NCBI GenBank assembly: GCA_963675525.2
Contig: CAXXSL010000016.1
Span: 256,001 to 320,000 of the forward strand
Direction of reading: 5' to 3'
Length of the DNA stretch: 64,000 nucleotides
From: Anaerohalosphaeraceae bacterium
Lineage (GTDB): Bacteria; Planctomycetota; Phycisphaerae; Sedimentisphaerales; Anaerohalosphaeraceae
Of this stretch, positions 40,413 through 51,492 are shown one piece after another; within the stretch, counting starts at the first letter, position 1, and the number at the start of each line of letters is the position of its first letter. The translations under genes were made by a program, and so were the position numbers. The notes under the pieces were generated by a model that saw nothing but the letters and a program-made list of their open reading frames with translations, was not told the DNA's origin and searched no databases.

Positions 40413-42587
40413 ATGAAAAAATGTGTATTTTTAATTTTAACGGTTGCACTGCTGGGTATTTCAGGCAATACCCGGGCGGGGTTGCCGGTGACCAGCGGTT
40501 TGGTGATGCACCTGGATGCAGATACGATCGGTGCCGCAAACGGTGACCCGATTGCGACATGGTCGGACCTGTCCAGTGCAGGCAACGATGCGACACAGCC
40601 AACAGCAGCCAACCAGCCGGTTTATGTGGCTTCCAATCCTTCGTTTAACGGGCGGGCGGCCGTTAGCTTTGATGGGACGGACGACTGGATGGAACTGCCT
40701 TCGACGACGATCAATGTAGGATCTTTTACGATGTTTGCATTGGCCCAATATTCCGATATCAGCGTTGCCAACGGCAATCAGTATATCGTTAATGGTCAGG
40801 ATGGCGGCGGCAACGACCGTATCCGTTTCCAATTGGATACGACAATTACCGGGATACCGGTTCAGTTCTTATGGCGTGTGGGTGATTCTGCGTGGCAAGG
40901 TATTATGACCGATGCTGATCTGGACGTTCATGTATTTGGTGAGACTTCAACTGCCGAAGGTTTTCTGGATGGCGTCAGTGTTGCGACATCTCCGAACACT
41001 TCGGTTGAGAATCCGACTGCGTTTAATATTGGTTCGTACAATCGCGGCCAGAAGGATTTCTTTGGCGGTCAACTCGTGGAACTGGTCATCTATGACCATG
41101 TACTGACAGCACAGGAAATTGAAAGCGTGAGTGCTTATCTGTTGGCCAAGACACCCGATGGAGCATCTAATCCGGATCCGTCTATTAATGAGCCACTCGT
41201 GGAAGTGGATCTTTCGTTGCGTGATGTGCCGGGAGCGCTTTCGTGGACCGCACCGGACGGCTACACCGGTGCTACCTATGACGTCTATTTTGGCACAACC
41301 GAGCCGAACTTCAACAATCCGGCCCCTTACGGTCTGACCCTAATCGGCACAGCTGGTCAATCAGCTACAAGTGTGGCTCCGACCGCCTTCTTGCCGCTGG
41401 GTTTTGAGACCCCCTATTATTGGGTGGTGGACACCTATGAGCCGAATGCTCTTAATCCGCTTGACCTGACGCTTCATCAGGGCGCCAAGTGGTGGTTTAC
41501 GACGGCCCCGGATGATTTTGCTCCGGTTGTGACCGCCGGCAGCAGCTATATCACCTGGCTGGCTAATCTGCCCCAGGGCATCGACGGCATCGTGGATGAT
41601 AAAGGCGAACTCGATATAGTAGATGCAGATGTTCAGTGGTCAGTTATAAACCATCCCGGTATTCCGGTACCGGCAGCTATGCAGATGTATGATCGTGGTG
41701 TTACGGCCAATATATTAGAGTTGGAGGCCTTGGGCGCAGATCCCAATGTCCTGAGAGATTGGATCGGGACGGATGCCCGAGTAGTGGGTGATCCGATGAT
41801 CCTGACTCTCAGTGGTCTTCCGCTCGGCAGCTATGCCTGGACATCGACACATCATGATGTTGGTGACCAGACGGGGCTTGTTGGTGTGACCGTTGACGGC
41901 GTCTCTGCCGGAACCATTGATATCTCGGACAGCAACGATTATCCAATCGAAACATTCTCCACGACGATTACGTCCGATGGTGTGAATCCCGTCGAACTGG
42001 TCTTTAGTTTGCTGCCGCAGGATCAGCAGCCGGATGTTGGCAACACTGACAGTACGTCGTTTTTTGTGATGAATGGTTTTGAACTGACCGGTACGGTCGG
42101 TACGCTAAAGGTTGATTTCAGCCAAACGGCCACAGCACCAGATCCTAACAGGGTTGGTTATGGCTATGAAGCCTATCTCGCTTCTCATGAAGTCGCGGAT
42201 ACCTTTACCGCACAGGACTTTGCGATGGGTACTGCCACAGTGACGGTTCTCCCGGAATGGGGTTTAGAAGCGGCCGGCTTAATCAATTACAGCCTCACCA
42301 AGACCTCGACGAATCCACTGGCTCCAACGGCTACCTTCACGACCGATGTTAGGGGTGATTACACGATTCAGCTGACCGCGACCGATGCTGCCGCCCAGAC
42401 TGATTCGGATACCCTGGTGGTTCGCGTTGCTGAGGATGCTTGCCAGGCGGCCCTCTGGAACGGTGCGACCTTGAACAGCTACGATGACCTTGGCAACCAG
42501 AACTGTGTGGTTGATCTGCCTGACTTGGCGGCCCTTGCTCTGGAATGGCTGGATAATGTCAGTCTAACGGCAACCGTAACCTATTAA
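40413..42587 (+). CDS. Secreted protein: LamG-like N-terminal module, beta-sandwich domains, dockerin-like tail
   Basis: GGAGGTG RBS then [16 protein letters not shown]...ELVIYDHVLT; NCVVDLPDLAALALEWL. Confidence 0.8.
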   Translation: MKKCVFLILTVALLGISGNTRAGLPVTSGLVMHLDADTIGAANGDPIATWSDLSSAGNDATQPTAANQPVYVASNPSFNGRAAVSFDGTDDWMELPSTTINVGSFTMFALAQYSDISVANGNQYIVNGQDGGGNDRIRFQLDTTITGIPVQFLWRVGDSAWQGIMTDADLDVHVFGETSTAEGFLDGVSVATSPNTSVENPTAFNIGSYNRGQKDFFGGQLVELVIYDHVLTAQEIESVSAYLLAKTPDGASNPDPSINEPLVEVDLSLRDVPGALSWTAPDGYTGATYDVYFGTTEPNFNNPAPYGLTLIGTAGQSATSVAPTAFLPLGFETPYYWVVDTYEPNALNPLDLTLHQGAKWWFTTAPDDFAPVVTAGSSYITWLANLPQGIDGIVDDKGELDIVDADVQWSVINHPGIPVPAAMQMYDRGVTANILELEALGADPNVLRDWIGTDARVVGDPMILTLSGLPLGSYAWTSTHHDVGDQTGLVGVTVDGVSAGTIDISDSNDYPIETFSTTITSDGVNPVELVFSLLPQDQQPDVGNTDSTSFFVMNGFELTGTVGTLKVDFSQTATAPDPNRVGYGYEAYLASHEVADTFTAQDFAMGTATVTVLPEWGLEAAGLINYSLTKTSTNPLAPTATFTTDVRGDYTIQLTATDAAAQTDSDTLVVRVAEDACQAALWNGATLNSYDDLGNQNCVVDLPDLAALALEWLDNVSLTATVTY

Positions 42588-42785
42588 GATAACTAAGGCA
42601 GCATTGTTGGATAGCAATGTACATCCAATTGTTATGTAAATGTTGCCACTAACGCATTACAGTGTGAATCTATAGCCTGGGGAAGAGAGAATTTCCCCAG
42701 GTTATATTTTGATGTTGAACAATTAATAAGATTATAAATCTTGATTTGATTATAGCCGGTTAGCATGCAAGGAAAAAATGTGATT

Positions 42786-43568
42786 ATGAAACATCGACAA
42801 GCTTTTACGTTAATTGAATTATTGGTTGTTATAGCGATTATTGCCTTGTTGTTGGCGGTTATATTGCCCTCGCTCAAAAAAGCGAAAGAGTACGCCCGCA
42901 AAGTGGTTTGTCAATCCAATGAGCATCAGATCGCGCTTGCCATTGGAACTTACCAGGTAGATTCTAACTATGATTTCCGTAACTTCAAAACGGCAGTTAA
43001 TATGACCGCGAATCAATTATCCAAGCATTGGTTTTGGGCGAATGGGACCTCAGATTATGCCCATGAACCGCAACCGAATGCGGTAAAGTTTCTCATGGAT
43101 AATAATATGTTACCAACGTATGAGGTGTTCTTTTGCCCGGGCATCAGAAACCTGTCTTATGATAAGAATTATGCGGTTAGCGATGTATTAGCCGGCAATT
43201 ATATTCAGAGGGAAACAGGGACGATCTACACGGAGATTGCCAATGGGACGCTGCCTGCCAATGACCGCCCCTTGTTCTGGAGTTCTCATGTCTGGTTGTG
43301 GAAAAAAGAGCTCAGGGCGCAAGTTGCATCGGTCAATGATATGTCCAGCAATGCGCTGATGTGTGATATGACGAATGATGCCTGGGGATTTGCACAAAGC
43401 ACGAATACAACCCTTGATAACTTTTTTGATGCGGTTGGAATTTCCAGATCCTTTCAGCATAACAACGTGTTAATGGCGGACTTGAGCGTAAACAATCCCA
43501 GCGATAAGGATGAAGAGGTTGTTCAGTGGTTGTGGAATTCGGACCTCTGGGCCGGAGTTGGGTATTAA
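42786..43568 (+). CDS. Prepilin-type N-terminal cleavage/methylation protein (DUF1559-like)
   Basis: [26 protein letters not shown]...CQSNEHQI; FFCP; NVLMADLSV. Confidence 0.85.
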   Translation: MKHRQAFTLIELLVVIAIIALLLAVILPSLKKAKEYARKVVCQSNEHQIALAIGTYQVDSNYDFRNFKTAVNMTANQLSKHWFWANGTSDYAHEPQPNAVKFLMDNNMLPTYEVFFCPGIRNLSYDKNYAVSDVLAGNYIQRETGTIYTEIANGTLPANDRPLFWSSHVWLWKKELRAQVASVNDMSSNALMCDMTNDAWGFAQSTNTTLDNFFDAVGISRSFQHNNVLMADLSVNNPSDKDEEVVQWLWNSDLWAGVGY

Positions 43569-43877
43569 GACCAACAGGATAATTGGGTATAAAAGTTTAA
43601 GTAAATCTAAAAGTATATTATGAGGAATCAATGTCTAAAAGCAGATTGAGAATTACATCGGTTTATCGACTTTCTTTTTGTAATATTTTTTTGTTCTGCG
43701 GCATTTGATGATAGAGATATTTTAATGCAGGATTTCAGTGTCAACAGTCTCGGCGATAAAGACGAATAAGTTGTCTATTGGCTGAATTCTGATCGATGGG
43801 TTGGTGATTAATATCATACTGATTATCAATGCAGTGTATAGGTAATCAAATTAGTATAGTAATATATTTTCACTCTG

Positions 43878-46800
43878 ATGGGGTCTTCAATGCAAAAATA
43901 TTCAGCGACCGTTATTTTATTTTTATTCTATTCTTGCCAATTGCTTTTTGCATCAGTACCGATTTCCGATGGACTTGTTCTGCATCTGGATGCAAATTCG
44001 ATAGCTGGGGTATCGGATGGTAATCCGATCAGTCTCTGGACGGATTTGTCCGGTGTGGGTAATCATGCAACACAAACGACCGCGGGAATCCAGCCTGTGT
44101 ATGATGCAATCGCTGCGGACTTCAATGGAATGCCGGTGATTCATTTCGACGGCAGTGACGATTGGATGACATTGCCTTCAACCACCGTATCAGTAGGCTC
44201 GTTTACGGCATTTGCAGTCGCTAAATACGATCACACGAGCAGCAATCAATATATCATGGCCGGGCAGGACGGCGGTGGAGATGACCGGATACGTTTTGCC
44301 GTGGATACTTCGTCACCGGTTGTTTTTGAGTATCGAGCGGGTACTTCCGCGTGGCGCAGCATAACCGCATCAGCAGATCTGCAGCCTCATATATTTGGTA
44401 TGACCTCGGATGTTGAGGGATTTTGGGATGGAACGAGTGTTGGGACATCCGGGAACACCTCAACAGAGAATCCGACAGCGTTTAACCTGGGTTCCTATAA
44501 TCGTGGCCAAAAGGACTTCTTCGCAGGCGACCTCGCAGAACTGATAATTTACAATCGTGTTCTGACAAGTGCAGAACAAAATGAAGTCGGCGTGTATCTT
44601 GAAACAAAGTATGGACTGGATACATCCTATGCCGCTGTTTTTCCCCAGGTACACTCGCCGGATCCTTCCAACGGCAGTCAGAATGTATCATTAGACGCCG
44701 TTTTGAACTGGCAGGCGCCGACCGAAGTCGCAAGCCCGGTTTATAATGTATATTTCGGAACCACGGATACATTTCCCACACTGGTTTCGGAGGGGCAAAC
44801 GGATACTTTCTTTGATCCGTATGGAGCTTCTTTGATGCAGCCCGGACAAGTGTATAACTGGCGTGTGGATATTCAAGGGGTCGCAGAGCAGGGGCCGGAC
44901 TGGAGTTTTGCTACGCGGCCGGAATCCCAGACTTCGCTGAAGGCGGATCTAAATGAAGACAGTATCGTGGATATCCAGGATCTATCCATGCTGGCTCAAC
45001 GATGGCTTGATCTTACGATTGAACCGGTCGATATTGACCAGAGCGGCAAAGTGGATAATAGTGACTTCTCGTGTTTTTCCTCTTCTTGGAAGAAAGAGGG
45101 CCCGCTGCCGGGGAGCTATGTGATTTCTCGTTATAGTCAGGGCGACTTCAAGGTCGCTTATGAGGGAGAAATATGTTCAATCTATGTTGATTCTGCTGAT
45201 TATACGGTTTGCCAAATTGCCGCTGAATGCCTGGCGGACGATATTGAACGTGTCTGTGGGACAAAACCCACCATTGTGCATGACACGACGGGACTGAGCG
45301 GTCATGTCATTTTCATTGGAACGCTGGGGCATAGCACGGGCATTGACGCATTGGTTTCCGGCGAAATGATCGATGTTTCGGATGTTAGCGGTCAGTGGGA
45401 AACCTTTGCTTTGGAGGTTGTTGACAATCCTGTTGCTTCTGTTGAACGAGGTTTAGTGATTGCCGGCAGTGACCGACGCGGCACCGCCTTTGGGGTGTTT
45501 GATTTATCGGAAAAAATGGGAGTTTCGCCGTGGTTCTGGTGGGCTGATGTGCCGGTTCGTTTTCGTGAGCAGGTTGTTATCCGGGACGGGCGATATAAAG
45601 TAGGACCGCCTTCCGTTAAATATCGCGGGATCTTTATTAACGATGAAGACTGGGGATTGCATCCCTGGGCGAGGAACACCTATGCGCCGGAGGATGAATA
45701 TATCGGCCCGAAGACATATCAAAAAGTCTTTGAACTACTTTTACGTCTGAAAGCCAATCATATTTGGCCAGCCATGCATGACTGTACGAAAGCATTTAAT
45801 GCGTTTGCAGATAACAAGGTGATTGCAGATCAATATGCCATTGTAATGGGATCGTCACACTGTGAGCAGATGCTTCGGGATAATGTCTGGGAATGGTATG
45901 AATGGACTCCTGCGGATGGTTCCACACGGGGCAGTTGGGACTGGTGTACCAACAGCGCACAAATAACTGAATACTGGGCCGATCGTGTCGAGGTTAACGC
46001 GCCTTACGAGAATGTCTATACCACCGGGATGCGGGGGATTCATGACGGCAGCATGCCCTGTTCCGGGGCGACCAATGCCCAGAAGGTGCAAAAAATGGAG
46101 GATGAAATTTTCCCTGCTCAGCAACAGATGCTTGCGGACTGGGTCAATCCGGACCCAACGACAGTACCTCAGATTTTCTGCCCTTATAAGGAAGTCCTTG
46201 ACTTGTATAACATGGATATGCAGGTGCCGGATGATATTACGCTTGCCTGGCCGGATGATAACCACGGGTATATCCGCCGGCTTTCAAATTCGACGGAACA
46301 GGCCCGCAGCGGCAGATCCGGCGTGTATTATCATATGTCCTACTGGGGAAGTCCCCATGATTACCTCTGGCTGTGTTCCACACCGCCGGCGCTGATCTGG
46401 GAAGAAATGAAAAAAGCGTATGATTACGGTGCAGACCGAGTTTGGATTTTCAATGTCGGAGACATCAAACCGGCGGAAATCTGTATGGAGTTTGGCCTTC
46501 GTATGGCTTGGGATATTAATCAATATGACCAGACAAATATCCAGGACTATCTTGAACAATGGGCCTGGCGCCAATTCGGTCCGGAATATAAGCAACAGAT
46601 TGCCGAAATAATGGTTGCATATTATCGCCTTGGAATGACGCGAAAACCTGAGCATCTGTCTTCCGGCGGAGCGACGTTTACCCCCGTGTATTATGGCGAC
46701 GAAGTACAGCAGCGTATCGATGCCTATCAAGCGATTGAAGGTCAGGCCGATGCGATCTATCAATCCCTCTCTGACATATATAAAGATGCATTTTACCAGC

Positions 46801-48522
46801 TTGTGTTATACCCGATTCGCGGTGCGAGTCTGATGAATCAAAAAATTCTCTATGCCAACAAAAGCATCCAGTATGCGGCACAGGGGCGTATGAGTGCGAA
46901 TGACTTTGCAGCGATGTCGCAGAATGCCTATGACCAAATCATTACAGAAACGGATTTTTACAATGATACCATGGCCAATGGTAAATGGAAGTATATGATG
47001 AGTTATAATCCACGAGGACTGGCGGTTTTTAATATGCCTGCAACTTCCACCGTTACTCCGGTGAGCGGTTCGTCAATGGGCGTGATCCTTGAAGGACAAA
47101 CCAGTGAGATTTCAGATTCCAATGAACCGACTTTACCTTACAGTGATACTTTTTCCGATGGACAGGCAGATGGCTGGCAGCCGATTACGGCCACTCGCTG
47201 GGACGTGCGTGCCAATGGAGCAAAAATGGAATACGCCATTAATACAACGGATTATACGAATCTTTCCGGTGACCGGCTGGGAGAGATGTCTGTCATTGAG
47301 GATCATACCTATGAAAACTTCGATTTCAGTTGCCTGGCACGAAGTTGTGATGACTTCGGTTCCAATTCATCAGCAGACCTTGCATTTGTCTTTGGATATG
47401 TTGATGAGCTGAATTATAACTATTTAATTATGAGCAGCAGTGCGACGAATTCCGGTTTGTATCGTATTGTCGGCGGCACTCGCTCACAAGTGCAAATGGC
47501 CGGCACCGGTATTCCGGATAATGCATTTTATTTGCTTGAAGTCGAAAAAAACATATCTGGCTTGACTGTCCGATATAATAATCAGACTATCATGACGACG
47601 ACGGCGTCGTTTGCGGGCGGACTGATCGGCGTGGGTTCTTATAATGATTCAGCTGCTTTTACGGAGATTAATATTACCCCTCTGGGGGGAGGTTCCTCAG
47701 TCGAGATGCTTCCGGAATTTGATGTGTTTACTCAAAATCAGCATTTTATTGATATTTTCAACAATGGCGACACGGCCTTTACATGGACGGCAACCCCTTC
47801 GGCAAGTTGGATACAATTGGATCAATCAAATGGTACCATTGATACACAACAACGCATCTGGGTCAGTATCGATTGGGATCGGGCTCCCTTTGGTCAAAGC
47901 AATGAAACCATTGAAATTGCCGGAACCGGCAGGACTGTGAGCGTAAACCTGAGCGCATTTAATCCTGCGTCACCCCGGCCGAACGACATCAATGGCTTTG
48001 TTCAATCCAATGGATATGTCAGCATCGAAGCTGAACACTATACCAATAAGACGGATCGAAGCGGGCGCGGGATGGGAACCGATTGCGACACTGGGAAGAA
48101 GCGGGGATACAATGACCGTTCTACCGACAACAACCCCAACCAGGGAACAGATCGCGGATATCCTGGCGAATAGTCCCTTGCTCGAATATGAGATCTATCT
48201 GTGGGATACCGGACAGCAAACAGTAGCGGTCCATTGCATTCCAACGCATGCAATTACTTCCGAACATGGATTGCGCTATGCAGTTGCGTTTGACGATCAA
48301 ACCCCGCAGATTGTTGATTATGATACGGTCGAATGGAGCTCACAATGGAGTATTAATGTACTGCAGGGGGCAGCCGTTTCCGAAAGCAGTCACACGCTTT
48401 ATGCCCCCGGGTCACATACACTGAAAATCTGGATGGTTGACCCCGGCGTTGTCGTAGATAAGATTGTCATTGGTAATGCGCCGGCCAGTCATGTCGGTCC
48501 GCCGGAAACCGCAATTCGGTAA
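43878..48522 (+). CDS. Multidomain GH115 alpha-glucuronidase-like protein (LamG-like + dockerin-like + GH115 + accessory domains); one frameshift near 48063
   Basis: GSDRRGTAFG, VKYRGIFINDED, LWPAMH-like IWPAMH, GSSHCEQM, GMRGIHD, WPDDNHGY, NVGDIKPAE; C-terminal domain (MVDPGVVVDKIV) continues in the 47992-48522 frame. Confidence 0.85.
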
Positions 48523-48541
48523 TTATTATCAGGGGGATACT

Positions 48542-48754
48542 ATGAAGCCAAGCGTTAACTTGATCGCGTTGATACTGATTTGTTATTGTCCGCTTCTTAT
48601 GGCGGAATTAATTGCCGGTAATGATGGAACTCAGGCTACGACGGCCAATCAGCCGGTTTATGTGGGCAGTGATGCGGCCTATATTGTTCATGCATCCGTT
48701 CAGTTTGACGGCGCAGATGACTGGATGGATCTCTTGTGGAGGATCGAAAGATGA
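48542..48754 (+). pseudogene. Internally deleted remnant of a LamG-like module gene
   Basis: Signal peptide [23 protein letters not shown] nearly identical to that at 51493, then fragments ATTANQPVYV and FDGADDWM. Confidence 0.65.
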
Positions 48755-51418
48755 AAAATAAAGTTTTAGTTGTATTAAGTATATTACTCATGGCCGCGAC
48801 GTCTTTTGCGGGGACGCTTTCCATTACCAACCCCGGGGTTCGAAACAGGACACGGCCCCTGTGGTCGGTGCGACGGGTTGGACCATCACGTCGGGCGGTA
48901 CCGATTGGTTCACCACGACTGCGGGTTGCTCCGGATTCCGCTGTTGACCCCGACGTTGCTGCCGAAGGCGACAACTGGCTTTCCGGGAATCGGTTGGCTA
49001 CTGGCGCCGGATCGAGCAACAACCCGCAGAAAAATTATACAGTTGATCGATATCTCTGCGGACGCGACGCAGATTGATACTGGAACCGCGTCAGTGACCC
49101 TTGACTTTATGTTTGCGGACAACGACCAAAACGACGACGCCACAGTAAACATTAGCTTCTTCTCAGATGTTGCCGGTACGACGCCGATCGGGGGCAGTCT
49201 CACGACCGGGATTATCACAGAGACAGGAGGCGGATACAACCTGCCTGCACCCTGGGCCGCGCGCAGCCTGTCAGGCGCGGTACCCGCAGGAGGCCCGTTC
49301 GCTCGAGATTGAAATCTACAATAATCGCACCAGTGGGTCGGCAGGAAATGTACACTTCGATGACCTGAGCGGGTCTATTGCAGAGTCTGTTCCCGTTTCG
49401 CCAGTCGACCTTGTTACCGGCAATATGATGCTGATGAATGAGAATGCCGGCTGGTGCTGGTATCAGGATGAAAAGATTATTTATGACCCTGTCGATAATG
49501 CTGTTATCACCAGCACGACGAATGATAATTCAGGTTTCGAAGGTCCTGTGAGGGAGGCAGATATTGATGCAACGACCTTTAATATTGATACAGGTTCACG
49601 TACGCGTGTAACCATGGCTAACATTTACTCCTACGGGAGTGGAGATGACCACAATATGGGCGCTTTGTGGAGACGCCCTGACGGCAGATATTTACATATG
49701 TACGGGGGGCACAACGCCAACGATTACAGCTACTACCGGACCACTGTTAACCCGAATGACGGTACTTCCTGGTCGGCGCAAAGCTCTTTTAACTGGGAGA
49801 CGCTTAGCGGTCTTTCAGACAGCGGTAATCTTACCTACCACAACCTTCATTATTTGTCGGCTGAGGGAACCGGCAACGGCCGTTTGTACAATATCTCACG
49901 GCAATTTGATCGAAGCCCCTATCTCGTTTACTCGGACGACTGGGGAGAGAACTGGACCTATGCCGGAAAACTTTCTTCCCCCGATACAGGCAGCAGTTAT
50001 TCCAACGGTTACTACAAATATACTTCCAACGGTGTTGATCGCATTGATTTTATTGCTACTGAGCACCATCCTCGCGATTACAATAACAGTATCTATCATG
50101 GCTATATTCAGGGCGGCAAGAGCTACAATTCTTCTGGAACTGAGATCGACGATAATATTTTCAATGAGACCGCTCCGGGACCAGAGGATTTTACACCGGT
50201 ATTTACCGCCGGTTCGGTGGCAGCAGGGCAATATCACACGGCATTGGACCATTGAACTGGAACTTGACGAAAACGATTACCCTGTTTGCCTCGTTTATCA
50301 CACGTTTCGGTACGGATTCATACGGTGGTGAGGCAGGCGCTGCAGACCATCGCTTATTCTATGGGCGTTTCAACGGCTCATCGTGGACGATCACAGAGTT
50401 ATGCAAGATGGGACCGGGTATTCAAACCTCTGAACAGGATTACACCGGTCTCGGCTGTATACATCCTGATAATTCCAATCTGGTTTATATCTCTACGCCT
50501 TTCGATCCCTCTGATGATACACCGCTTGACAATCATGAGATATTCAAAGGTGTAACCGCCGACAATGGTGCAACATGGCAGTGGACACAGATCACATTCG
50601 ATTCTACGGTTGATAACCTGCGTCCTGCTGTTCCCAGTTGGGATGCCAATAATACGGCGCTCTTCTGGCTGAGGGGGTATTCTGCAGTTGGTGGTGGCAA
50701 CCCAGCGCAGAACTTCGACCAGGTATTGGTGGGAATGATCGACCGTCACAATGAAACAATTAGTTTGGCCACTTATATTGATGCGGACCCAAGTAATACC
50801 ACAGAAGCAGACAGTTCGCCATTTACACCCACCGGCCCGAGCGGCAGTTCTGGTGCCGCAGACGATCAGTGGCACGAATACACAGAATACGGAAACGCAG
50901 GCAGTTGTTATACCGCCGATGAATTGTCTGAAGACGCTCCTATGTTGAAGACGACCATAAGCGGCTTGTCAGATGGGACCTACGATGTGTTTGCTTACTT
51001 CTGGTGTGATCCGTCCAGGGACTGGGGCGTAGCCGGTGGATTTACACCCTCTAATATACTCTACTTCAACCGACAGTCCTCTCAACATGCCGAGGCATCT
51101 GAATTCTTCGGTTCTGTTCGTGTTGTTGATTTCGGAGCGATTCTTTACCGCGTTTATATCGGCCGCAGGGAAGTGGTTGGAGGCGCTCCGATTGATGTGT
51201 ATATTGATGACTATGACAGTTCTCTTATTAATGGGGCGGATCGTGCCGTGTATGACGGTGTGGGCGCAGCCAGTGTGATACCGGATTATGCCGGCGATCT
51301 CTACCGAGATGGGAAGGTCAATTACATGGATATAGCGGTCCTTGGACAGGGCTGGCAGACGATTTACGATATCGATACATTAACCGATATCGCAGAGAAC
51401 TGGCTGGCAGGACTTTAA
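48751..51418 (+). CDS. BNR-4 repeat protein with N-terminal beta-sandwich and dockerin-like tail; split by multiple frameshifts (artefact or pseudogene)
   Basis: Pieces 48736/48806/49167/50252 join into signal peptide - NPGFE domain - NAGWCWYQDE, DDHN, SDDWGENW - GDLYRDGKVNYMD. Confidence 0.7.
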
Positions 51419-51492
51419 TGCCGAATGCAATATTGCCATGCTTGAGCAGTCGAAAAATATTCTGGTATTAGATATAAAATTCAAAGGTTACG

